In this document: positions 45,301 to 57,369 of the stretch, one piece after another
How the letters are laid out: each line of letters opens with the position of its first letter
Position numbering within the stretch: position 1 is the stretch's first letter
From: Botryllus schlosseri
Taxonomy: Eukaryota
NCBI GenBank assembly: GCA_051294905.1
Contig: CM119373.1
Coordinates: forward strand, 18,600,001-18,664,000
Length of the DNA: 64,000 nucleotides
Direction of reading: 5' to 3'
Notes under the pieces: model-generated
Seen by the model: only the letters and a program-made list of their open reading frames with translations
Told to the model about the DNA's origin: nothing
Database searches by the model: none
Translations under genes and position numbers: made by a program

Positions 45301-48300
45301 ATATCTCCTATTCGAAAATAAAGCCTGAAACGATAGGCTATGCACAGACGGGCCAAGCTTTACCATTGATACCGCAATTCATCGTAAATAGCTTAAAATT
45401 TATAATAACAGATTTTAATTGAATGTAAGATGGTCGCACTGGTTCCGAATATCTGAATACTGCCGACTTCTCAATTCTCAAAGTATAAGGCGGGAACATA
45501 TAATGTTGCGCCACACGCCTACATTTTATCGTCGGTACTACAAAGCGACTTACCAATCAGGAACGTGGATAGCTATGGCGTTGTTTCTAATTCGAGATTG
45601 TAATTGTGAATGTCACTTCCAAGGCATTTCATTTCGCGCCGTACATCAGGATGACAGTGCGAATTTTTTGATAACTGCATTCTCATATGGGCATCGCCAT
45701 TTCTGCTATTCTCTTTCGTCAATCAAATTATCGTGCAATCCAAGATTTCGAGTCGGGTACATCGAATTCGCGAGTGATATTGGCCGCCGCGAGACAGTAA
45801 CTTAAATTTGGGGATTTAGGAAAAGCGAGCTCCGAGCCTCTAACCCGGAAGATGGCATTGTCTTTACCTCTCAAAAGACATGTGTATACGGTCACGAGAA
45901 TAATTATTATGGTCGTAATGAAAACTTACTTACAAGTAGCTGCAATATTGATCAATTCTGTTAAAATGAAATATTTAGCAAAGAGCCATACCTTCTACCC
46001 AAAAAAGCCATATATGGCTCGCGAGCCATAGGTTCCCGACCGCTGCTCTATACACTCTCGCTTTCTTGCGTACGTTTTCTGTTCTTTGCTCCCGACTTTC
46101 TTGAGTTCGGCTCACTCTTTCTCTGGGCTTTTGAAGGCGCTGTATTTACAGCAGGATCGGCGATGAAGAGCCCAGACAAACCTCCGACACATAGAAACAC
46201 GGCAGAGCCGAGACTCGAACCAGCAAACGTTGGTGTCGTGACAGTGTCGCTTAGCACACCGCGCCACTCGCTTCCCCAAACTCCGACTAAAGACATTCGA
46301 ACTGCCAGTGTCTCCTATTTGCCACAGATGGAGCCACCAAACCACAGACGCGGGGCTGTCATTAGTATCGCGATTCGCCCATTGGTGCAGACATAGATCG
46401 ATCATTGTTGATGTGTTAGTATTCATAATGCTTGGGTTACATAGGTCATTTTATTCCAGACCGGTGTTCTTCATAGTGAATCCTGATAGGCCAACTTTTA
46501 GCACGCCCCGCTTTCATTGTGGGCCTTTTTAAGTCATCCTATACGCCGATCCGAAGACGAGGAGGAGCCTACATAAACTTCGAACGCTTAAATAGGAATT
46601 CTTGGGTCGACCTCGGTCAGCTCCAGCGCGTATTCGTGTTGCAGTTGTGCCTGTATAGAATGTATCGCTGTACCCGGTTCTGAATTTACCTATCCATACA
46701 ATGTGGACCTATGCGAGAAAGGGCTCTTTATAACCGAAAATGCCACGTCTTACCGGACCCGAACTTACTGACAGTTAGAATAATAGTGACATTTCGGGGC
46801 AAGCAGCGTAGAATGTTGCTATTCAATTATTTAGGGGAGTGGTTCCCAACCTTTTTCGACCCATCGCCCCCTTTTGAAGCTTCACACCGATCATCGCCCC
46901 CCAAATATTGTGAACCGAAAAATGGGCACAGAAACTGGGATCACCGGCGAGTGACTGATATAAAAAGGTCAACTTTTCGGCTCGACCTCGAAATTAAACT
47001 TTTACAGCTAAAATTTCGTGAGTTGACTATAAATAAAAGGTCATTTCTCCGACTTGACTCCAATCAGGACCGTAACAGCACTTCGTCACCCCCCCCCCCA
47101 AACGTTGGTCTTGGGCTTCCTTAGGGTGATAAACCAAACCCCAGACCCCCTTCAGCCAGTGGGCATTTTGTCGCTACATATCAGCTATACCCTATTTCAT
47201 GTGCTGTTCGGTGAGTCACCGTATTTCGCCTAAACGCGTAAAGCGCGGCAAATTTATATAATTCATGTTTGAATCGGTCAATATGGTCGGGAATTGCATA
47301 TATATTTAGGGCTGGGCACAATGATTCGAGTACTCGAATCTGAATCGAGTAATTATTTTAATGATTCGAGTCGAGTAGTAAAAGACGATTTTTTCGAGTA
47401 CTGAAATTATACGCTCCTCGCTACTGAAAGTTATTTTATCAACGAGAATTATGGTTTCGATACTATTTTCCACTGCGGAAGCCTTGAAACCTTGATTTGC
47501 CGTATCGCAGCATACGAAACATATAGTACAAAGCTAATATGGTTACTGGTAAAAACATTTCCGAAGTCATGATCCTCCCACGACATTGTCACAAAGTACA
47601 ATGAAAGCGGTAGGGTCGGAGAAATACCGAATTATCTTCAATGTGACGGATAACAGGCATTATATTCTTTGCGGTGGCATAAAAGGTACATATTTGAACT
47701 TTGACGTACAACATTTTGCTGTGACGTCATAATGAGTGATACTCGAATACTCGACTCGACTCGAAGCATAATACGTGATTCAGAATCGAATCACTCAGGT
47801 ACTCGATTTTGCCCAGCCCTATATATATTGCTATCAATTTTTTATCCTCTCTCTGCTCACGTAATCAGATTTACCGGTAGAGCTGATATAGTGGTATGTT
47901 GGAAAAGGTAAGACTCCTAAATAATAATTGAACATCTTCGGGCGGACCCCTTGTCATATCGACTTCGTTACATGATGCTTTTTGGTGACCTCCTATATCT
48001 GCTATGTCAAAATATCTGGAAATCGCCAAAACGTAACAAACTAAAAGACGCACATGATTTCAAATTGATATTTCTTAACTGGCAAATAATTTTTGCCTGC
48101 GGGATGGCATTTGTCCTGCAGGGTTCTGATCGCCAGGAAAGGAACATTCGACGCCAGCCTATGGACAATTAAACATAGCGCAAGGGCATTCCTTTTCGGC
48201 CAGGGTCTTCTCGCTGCTGATCGTTCTGCATGGCACACTTCTTGGAGTCGCATGTTACATGGCCTATAACTTCAAAAGTCTCCATTTCCATAAATCATGC

Positions 48301-51300
48301 GTATTTTTGTTGGGGGAAGGGTACCACAAAAGCAAAATATACGACAACATTGAAAAAGTAGCATGAATTTCTAAAAAGTTACTCTATAATTTATGTTAAT
48401 TCACGAAATAATTTTGGGCCCTCTTCGAGTTCGCCCCCTCCCCCTAATTGCAGGGTTTGGGGTGCCGCAGTTACGGTCCTGACTCCAATATAGCCGTTTT
48501 AACGCGCCATCGCCCCCTATCGCTCCTTTCGTTGTTTTCGCTCCCTATCGCCCCCTTCGTTATTTTCGCCCCCTAGACCGTCAAATCGCCCCTTAGGGGG
48601 CGATATCGCCCACGTTGGGAACCACTGATTTAGGGCATATTGCTGCATCGTTTGCCTCGTTTACTTATCATCTCGTTTGTTGCTTTCCTATACCTGGCAA
48701 GACGATGCTTGTCCGAACGCAATTATTCAATGATGGCTCCTTTTCATCGTTTCAGGCTTGCTCGCCCATGAAAGCGCATGTGTGTCCAGACACGATGGAA
48801 TTCCCGGGGTATTGCTACCACCGCAGTGAATCTGATAGCGTTTGGACGCAACTGGGTGGTCAAACTGCTGCGGGTACGTGGATTCCATACCTACCGCTAC
48901 ATCGGCTATTATTCATACACATTTTACCAAAGATAGCTATGTATTTAGTAACCGAGAAGGACTAGATACGATATATTACGATGATTGCAACAGCTACCAG
49001 TCTTAACGCTATATGACTATGCCTATGTTACAGTGATTTTTACGTGACTTGATGTTCAGTGCGAGAAATCCAAAATGAAAATGCTAAATAATGACCCAAT
49101 AATGTCGTAATATTTCCGCACGTTTCTCTTCTTCGTAATAGTTTCTATCAGGGTTTCTTCAACATTCTTGATCGCGGACCCCTTCAAGTTTTATCTGCGG
49201 CTGCACTTGCCTCCAAAAAATTCTGGATGCCGATGACTGGAAAGTCATTACGTCAAGCTGAACTCTACTTAGGATATTCCATGGCAAAAATAAATAACCA
49301 ACGACTGGGCAAGGTAGTCGCAGTCCCGCTCCCGACGTCATTGTCAAAAGTTTTCCGGTTTTGTAGTTTATTGGCGACGTATTGCCCTTTCGCGGTCCGC
49401 TAAATCTAGTTTGTGGACACCAGTTCAAGAACCCCCAATCATATTAAAGAAACTAACCAGGTCCTTTTGCCGACGGTATTGTCTAATTGATAAAGTTCGA
49501 ACACCGTAGGCCTACACCCTACATGAACCTGTAATTCAGTTTCTCGCAATCCCACTTTGAATATGCTGTAGTCGCTATTAGGTTGCATTATTACGAATAC
49601 TATTATAGAGTGTCCGTCATCAAAGATTGACATGATATTTCTTCTGGACGGTTCGGGTTCAATCGGCAGCAATTGGAATAGTGTACAATCTTGGACGATC
49701 AGCATGGCTAGAAATTTTGATATATCGGACGGGGAGATACGAATCGGAGTAATCCAGTATTCTCTGTATCAGGAGGGCAAACCGTAAGCATGAGCAATGC
49801 AAATAAATACCCATTCAGTAGCCTATACTTGCATGGTAATTGTATTTCAGTGCATTCGATATTTGGCGAGATCGCGTGCGGTTGTATTCCCCATGAAGTA
49901 GTGATTCGAACTTCTAACGTAGTGGTAGCCTACTTTGCCTTATTTGCAGCGCCCTTGTCATCAATATATATTGTCTGGCGCCATCTTATTATAATGACTT
50001 TGCTAAAGACCAAGGGGGCAGAAGAAAATAGGTGGGGTTGGGGCGTGGAGGCCTCAAGCCTAAATCTTTGTCCAAATCATTGTTCTGATGGGCTGTGGAA
50101 ACCCAACACTCTGGAGAACCCTAAAGAAGCTACCCCAATTATTGTGACGTCCTTGGCATCATGCTGCATGCTCACGTCACGATATATCCACGAGTCCGTA
50201 GAGTTGCGTCACTACCGGATATATTACTCGAATTTTCATTTCGATGTGTTCCTGGGAGTTATATAAAACAATCCGTGGATTGTTGTGAAGCAAGTTGAGA
50301 AATTAGTGAATATGGTTTACCACCCGATCTTACCACCGACCGACTACGGCTTTCGGACAGATAGAGGTTGCATTATATCTCGTGCCATGATACTTTATCA
50401 GGAGCTGACTGAGCGATAACTTTAATCGAACGAAAGGCACACGCATGTCGCTATAGCCGTCAAATGCGGGGTATTTTTCAGGTGGTCGCAACAATCGCAT
50501 ATGCATACGGAAATACCGCTGGGATCAATAACAAATCAGGATAATTTTGCGGTATGGTGCGGTATCAAATATTCCAAGCATGACAATCGCGATTACACTT
50601 ATTCTCAGGGATCACATACTGTAGTTAGTGAAGTAGATACTTTGGTGGTGTACCGTTCGGTCATTCAATGGTATTAATCGTAAATTATTTTCGTCGGAAT
50701 GAACACAATGTAACTGCTCAGTTATATATTCTTGGATCACAGTTGAAAGCTTTGGAAGTGGATGATATAGATCTCTAGTCCAGTGGTTCTCAACCGCCGG
50801 TCCGTGGAGCGGTGTGCCAGTCCGTGACAAGATTCCAGCTGGTCGGTCAGATTTACTAGAATCTTATATCCCGATTCTTGAATGCACGAAGTCGGCTGCT
50901 TGTTCATTAATTAGAGAAATATACATCAAATTTTAAATTTATATAAAAGTTTGGAACGTATAGTTTGCATGGTTTTGCAATAGAGAGTTCATTGTCTACT
51001 TTAGACATTCGTCACAATGGCAAGAATGTTATAGTAAACTGGCAAAATGTAGCCTACAACTCGTTTCGAATAAGTCATATATGTAATCTACCGGGAGACT
51101 TTTAAACAAACTTCAATAAATCAACTCATGGCAGTTTAATGGAGCCTACAGCAAATAGTGAAGTAAGATTTCTTTCGAAGGACACCGAATAATCACAATC
51201 AAGTTATTGGTATTTTGCAAGACTTCGCCAACTGTGCGTTCAACTTCAATAGAACCAGATATAAATATATAGTATCAAAAAGTCGTCAATAAATGGAGTT

Positions 51301-53411
51301 TCAGATATTACACTCAAGTTGTCGTAATTAAATTCAGGGTGAACTTCAGTTTTTGAAGGTTCACCGGCTCGCAAGATTTGTTTTGGAGGTTCACCCGTCC
51401 GCGAGGTCAATGAGGTTGAGAACTACTATTATAGTCCTCCAATGATTCTCCTCAACTCTAGTATTGAATCCATACCAGGTTTGTTATTGAACGCATTTTA
51501 GTTTGTAAAGTATAAAGTAGTTTTGGGATATGTTTGGATCACTTCTATGATAGTGAAATGCTTTAATGAAATCCGTCATATTGCGTTAGTCACAAAGATG
51601 CACCCAGCGAATTCGAAAGTAACCACCTTCGATTAGATGATGAGGGCAAGTTTTTGTTGCAGTTAAATCCGTGGAAAGTTGCATTTATTTTTGAAAAAAG
51701 TTGCAGAAGTTGCATTTTGACCCCATTTTGTTCGGTTGACTAAAAAAAAGGTCAACTTCCCAGATTGACTAAAAAAAAAAGGTCAATTTTCCGGCTAAGC
51801 TCCCGAAATACCCGTAAAAGCCTTACTTCGGTGCTGATTTACGGTGTTTCAGTCGAATTTGGCCGTGTATTTCACCAGAATCGAAAATACTTTCATGAAA
51901 AATCGAGAAAGTTGCAAAATATTGCTAAAAGTTGCATGAAAAAAATGGACAAAAGTTGCAAAAAGTTGCACTATAAGATTCCTTCAAACAGCTTGAAACA
52001 GCATTCTATATATCTTACGAGTATTTAGGAAGCTGCCGGAAGCTGTAAAAAAAAAGTTGCAAAAGTTGCAAAAACTTGCCCAAGTGATGACCCTTCGACC
52101 GAATCTATTTTTTGAAGATACCTACGTAACCACATCTAAGACCTTCATTTTCTGCGACCACTTGATGGAGTTTCCCCGTGACTTTGAAGTCACCATTTGC
52201 ACTTGCAATTCATTAGGAATTTACGGCGCCACTTCTACGTCTACATGAGTACCACAACTCAACAAGCCTGCAAATTTCGCTGATTTCGTAGTTTTGTTCT
52301 GTCAAACTCGCGCGATCAGCGGTTTCCATAATTTGCTAATTTAGTGAAATTTTCGTAGTGCCATGTCTGATTTCGTCACATGATTTCCAGGCCGCAGTTG
52401 GCGCGATATCGTTGGATGAACTGAGTACAGACACGAGTCGGGGCTTACAGAAAGCTTTGTTGGACTTTAAAGCATCCGATAGATGGAGCTCTTCGGATAC
52501 AAGGAAGGTGTTGATACTACTTACCGACGGACAGTAAGATGTGAATGAGTTTTTTTACATTGTTGCAGGATTAGGGATTAGGGATTATATTCAAGTGGCC
52601 ATGGATGATCCAACTGGACAATGATTTTAGGAGGAAATAATAGCATTACGGATAATTTCTGCTCCTTACAAAAGGCAAATATTGATAAAAAAAACAAGTC
52701 TGTGGAATATTGTACTCTATGACTGATACCACTGTAGAAGCGGCTCTGAACTTTTGTCAACCACAGAGCTTCATTTCAGATAACGTCATGGAATTGTGTC
52801 CCCAGCCGTATTATAAGGCCCGTTAGTGATGCCAAAAGCAATACAGAGTTGTATCAGAAACGACATTACCGATTTGCGCGATGATTGGTACGTGAAACAA
52901 CAATATGGTAGCTCGTAAAATGCCATTTACTTTTAATTTTACTTCGTAATTATAAACTTATACGTGTATGTGCTCAGGACAAAAAAACTCAGATTAACTA
53001 GAACTCTCTGTAACGATACCGTGCATAAAAAGAAATGCAACTACAATAGTTACAAAGGGCGAATATATTTCATGTATTTTGTCCATACAGTTTCAACGGT
53101 AGTTGATGCTCAACTGTCTAACGCTAAAAAGTCAAGAACCACTTTTTCCTATTTGAACACTCGCTGTGAGGCTGGAATGCTAGATTACGATTAGATAGTT
53201 CCAATTATTTTTTGAGCCATATTTACTGTGATGAAACATGGCGCATGGCGACAATACGGTATGAAAGGAACCTGCTACCTATATGATACCGCATGACCAA
53301 CACTTTCGTGAAAACATACTTTTCACTCAATATTTATTTTGCGCGAAAATTCTGAAAGTAAATTATTGTTGGTACTCCTCGAAAAAAAGTCCCTAAATTG
53401 CTCCGTCTCGT

Positions 53412-53452
<41 letters not shown>

Positions 53453-56400
53453 GGAAGAATATAATACTTCTACGTCACAAACTGTAAATAGCGAAAAGTA
53501 GGTAAGTAAATCACAAAATATTATGAGGTAGAAGTAGAAGTAGCGAAAAATTAGTTCAACTTGAGTAAGTACTAGAAGTACAGGAAAGCTACTTGAGTAC
53601 TTCAAAAAAGTAGAAGTACTTGGTTGCTGACCACATTTGTCGACTTATAGATATTTCAATCTTTAGGGCCACGGATCCGGATTTACTTCCATCAGCTTCA
53701 AGTGCTGCTCGGTCTGAAGGAATCATAATTTTCAGCGTGGGAGTGGGACGATATAATGTAAACGAACTCAAGGTAAATGACTTTTTTTATACAGAATATG
53801 TAAAATTATTCCGACGTTATCATTCCATCCGCACAAATCATGCAATAACACGTTTGGTTAATTTTCATGCACCCAGCACTCCGGTAACAAAATTCCCGGG
53901 TCGTTTGAAGTTCAAGGGCGTTGAGGAAATAATTTTAATCTCAAATACTGTGTTTCTACTCGCGTTATTTAAAGGTTGCATTAGTAGTTTTAGCAGCAGA
54001 AATCGTGTAATCACTAGAACTCCAGATATCAATAATTGTATCGTGGCAGTATAAGGTAATTATGTGAAACGTTGCAACTCCTCTGGATGTTTTCTCATAC
54101 TCACGAGTAGTAGGAAATTTAGAATAACGTTCGGATGTGGGGCCCTCCTCGATTCAAGTCCTGGTCCTCACTCACCCAGTGCACGAACCATCGGGACAAC
54201 ACGTCCCTCTATAATATTTGTCAGTTGACTGATACTTAGATGCAATGTTTCTTCAAAGCTGCGCGCGCAATGATGATCATCAGGAAAAATTGACGACCAT
54301 TTCAGGTGTACAAATGTTCATCACTAATTTGTAATCAGTAATTCGTAATCAGACGAAGTGACATTATCTTTTTTGTAGAAAATGTTTTAAAATGCGATAA
54401 AAAAAACCGAGTCCGACGCAGCGAACGTCAGAGTCTCGTAAAATTCGGGGAAACCGGGAGTCGAGTCAAAGTGGTAACCCTATGTCCATGTCCAGGGGAC
54501 CGCGCAATGACTTGCTGAGTTTGTGCAGACTCGTGAAAAATTAGAGGAAACATTGCTGAGATGCCATTATAGTAGTATATCGATGCAAAGCTCTTTATAC
54601 AGATGTGATATATTTCTGTCCTGGAGAATTACACTAGGCCCGATTTGCTTCAGACACAAATCCTCCTGACTGAACTTCGTCCGTTGAGCGCCTGTACCGT
54701 ATACGCCTATACTTTACGTAACTGAACCGCCGTGGTGTGCAAGACACCATCTTCATAATATATATAAAATATCCAAAGTTTGTTCACTGCGTGACTGCCT
54801 AATCTGGTCGAGGAGCAAGTGCGACAGTAAAGATATTGTGCCAGAAATCTCGTAACGGGCTAGGAAGCGATGACGCGCAACCGCGTCAGCTGGAGTGGCC
54901 GGGGCGCTTCAAAAAAAATCATTTAGTTGCAGTTCCATTACGGTGGCTTGCTGAAGACAAGGGCTGCAGTCAACAAAGAATTTCGATCTGTTCTTCAACT
55001 TGAAACCACATCATTTTTAGAGCGCAGTTCCACTTTAAAGTATACGACCCATTATTCAAACTATTGAGTACTTTCCATGCAGATCATCATTTTTCTACTT
55101 GCATTTGCAGTAGTTTTGACATATCCTGAAAATTGCTCATTTCTATTCATATTAAATATACATAGGGTCGTATTTAAAACAAAAATCAATTTAAAACAAA
55201 CAAGGCTCTTGTTTAAAACATGTTTTGTAATGTTTTTTTTAAAACCATGACGTCACGAATATTCAATTGTGACGTCATAGTGGATTGACATTGACAATTG
55301 AAAATATAGGGTAAATATAGCTCATTTGACGAGATATATAAGTACTATAGCTGTTGAACCAACTATTTTGAGGGTTCCAACCATCTCATATCGCATACGT
55401 CGGCTTTATCTGGTGGTAATCGTCCGTAGGCTCATACAACATGTTTTTGGAAAGTATTTACACAATTATGGCATAATTATACAACTTAAAAAAACAATTT
55501 TTTTTGTAAAATGCCTTTGCTTAAAACACTGTTTAAAACATGTTTTAAACAATGCGTTTTGAACAACCATTTGTTTTAAATGCAACCCAAAATATACATA
55601 TACGGCGTACTTCTATTTGTACCTGAGCAGAAAGGCTGACTTCTTTGACCACCTCTGGTTACATAGAGATGGGCACAACTTTTCGAGTAATCGAGTCTGA
55701 ATCGAGTATTAATTCTGATGATTCGAGACAGGTATAGTAATAGACGATTTTTCAGAGTACTGAAATTATACTCTCCGTGCCACAAAGAGTTAATTTATAA
55801 ACGGGAATTATGGTTTTAATATTATGTTCTGCCGTGGAAGGCTGTAAGCCTCGATTAGTCGTATCGCGGATTACGACATATGTTATACAAAGGTACGCAC
55901 GTTTGTACAAATAAAATAAATGTGAGAGCATGATCCACACACCACAATGTCACAAAGTGAAATGAAATAGGCGTAGTCGAAAAATAGTAAATGATCTTTA
56001 ATGTGATGTTGTACTGGTATCATACTCTTTGTAGTCGTGTGAAAGGTACATATTCGAACTTTCCACACCATTCACACTGCTGTGGCGTCATAATGAGTGA
56101 TAGGCTACTCGAAGACTAGACTAGACTCGAAGCCTAATTCTCGATTCAGAATCGAATCCCTCAGGTACTCGATTTTTCTTATCCCGAGTTATACATAATT
56201 TTTCAAGTTAATAGCAACCGGCGACCTTGCCTCGGTGGAAAGGGTGTATGGAGTGGATAACTTTGATGGACTCAGCTCTATCATTTCCGACCTTACAACT
56301 AGCATTAACAATATTGTACTTGAAGGTGAGTTAGCGCTTTCTGCCACGTGTAAATTCACACTATTGATACTATTTTCGACTATTTTCAGCTGGCGGGTCA

Positions 56401-56469
56401 ACCTCGAACGCAAGTTCCATAGAGATGCAGTTTGCTCAAGCCGGTTTCTCTATTTCGAGCTCGCGACAG
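39399..56469 (+). CDS. Integrin alpha chain with inserted I (VWA) domain, first 10 exons, 3'-incomplete (410 aa). Exons 39399-39604, 40639-40721, 40783-40913, 48756-48873, 49609-49783, 50482-50551, 52391-52533, 53667-53772, 56208-56325, 56390-56469
   Basis: Signal peptide + HNIEQ; FG-GAP motifs SYYGYKIS/LLVSAP, GAVETC..C, HFAMSL, ACSP..HVC..PGYCY; I domain ECP..DMIFLLDGSGS..IGVIQYS..TDT..KVLILLTDG..IFSVGVG..VLE; then MQFAQAGFS. All junctions are GT-AG and in phase (1230 nt). Confidence 0.92.
43650..44016 (-). mobile_element. tRNA-derived SINE with a conserved-core-like body (Meta-SINE-like)
   Basis: Minus strand GATAGCGTAATGGT (A box)...GGTTCGATCCCC (B box), then ACCAAAGACC..CTGGTATCC..CTTCCCTGCTTAGCGCTCA..GCATTA. 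3' end approximate. Confidence 0.7.
44252..44968. mobile_element. hAT-type MITE nested in the 4.4-kb element
   Basis: Ends CAGGGCCGGCCAAAC/GGTTGGCCAGCCGTG, perfect TSD ATTTAGCA. Confidence 0.85.
46054..46277 (-). mobile_element. tRNA-derived SINE; tail interrupted by the 41616-46045 element
   Basis: A box TGGCGCGGTGTG, B box GGTTCGAGTCTC; homologous to 1990-2103 and 27207-27460. Confidence 0.7.
46837..48627. mobile_element. hAT-type MITE hosting 47065-48481, which hosts 47307-47821
   Basis: Perfect TSDs at all three levels: ATTTAGGG, ACTCCAAT, TATATATT; TIRs (G)AGTGGTTCCCAAC, CAGGACCGTAAC, TAGGGCTGGGCA. Confidence 0.9.
53417..53448. repeat. (CT)16 microsatellite
   Basis: Directly visible. 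Confidence 0.95.
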
Positions 56470-56534
56470 GTGAGATTTATTTTGGTCTTGATGGAAGTCA
56501 GAATGGTGTGCTGCGTGCTTTTTGACGATATGTC

Positions 56535-56540
<6 letters not shown>

Positions 56541-56624
<84 letters not shown>
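56541..56624. repeat. (TG)42 microsatellite
   Basis: Directly visible. Confidence 0.97.
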
Positions 56625-56630
<6 letters not shown>

Positions 56631-57369
56631 ACCGGATAGCGCATCGCGATATATATAGTGGGCCAATAGCGAACCTTTGTCTGAAATGAACCGACGGACA
56701 TACGTTATCGGTAAGCATTACCGCGAAGAGACACTGTTCTGTTCTTACTGGGCCACACTTACTTACTTTAAATTGCATTTCGAATTCTCGTGAGAAGCTG
56801 TCGGGGACACTTTCCACGGATTTTCGGATCACACAAATACGGGTTAAGATATTTATTAGGACTCAACATCAGGAATGCGGAATTTGGTATGTGTACATTA
56901 CGTTCGTTATGACCTTGGCTTTTCCGCGTCATTTGCACGTATTGGCGTCATTATTGGATATCCATAACATGAAATCACGATTTGTACTTTCATAATATTT
57001 GACGGTAACATGATAAGGACTGTCGAATTCGCCCATTTTTCGATCAACCCAAACTCTTTTAATGTATAGGGCATAGAAAAAAATGTTTCATACGCATTTT
57101 CTTGACGAGTAAATAACTGATGGATAACATTTTGGTTTATGGTCGCAGCATCATGCATGATGCGTGAACTTGATTTTTCCTTCCTCATTATAGGAAATCA
57201 GGGGATCTAAGATCGCTGATCAGGGATGCATCAACAATATAGTAGAGAGGGTTGACAGACGCTATTTTCTTCAGAACGCCACCGTAATGGATCTGGAATT
57301 TATTGAAATTTCAACAGCAACTTCACGCACCAGTAGTCACACAGAGATCGAACTTTATATAGTTGTTAG

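Larger units (their letters stand above)
41616..46045. mobile_element. 4.4-kb hAT-type composite non-autonomous element in integrin intron 3
   Basis: TIR CAGTGGTCGGGAACCT/AGGTTCCCGACCGCTG, perfect TSD CTCTATAC; contains a SINE and another hAT MITE. Confidence 0.85.

Noticed and set aside
56398-56832. ORFs with HTHTHT or CVCVCV runs
   Set aside because: Translation artefacts of the (TG)42 microsatellite
56907-57188. 'LGFSASFARIGVIIGYP' on plus and 'GYPIMTP' on minus as integrin or Harbinger relics
   Set aside because: Short chance-level matches with no splice or TIR support
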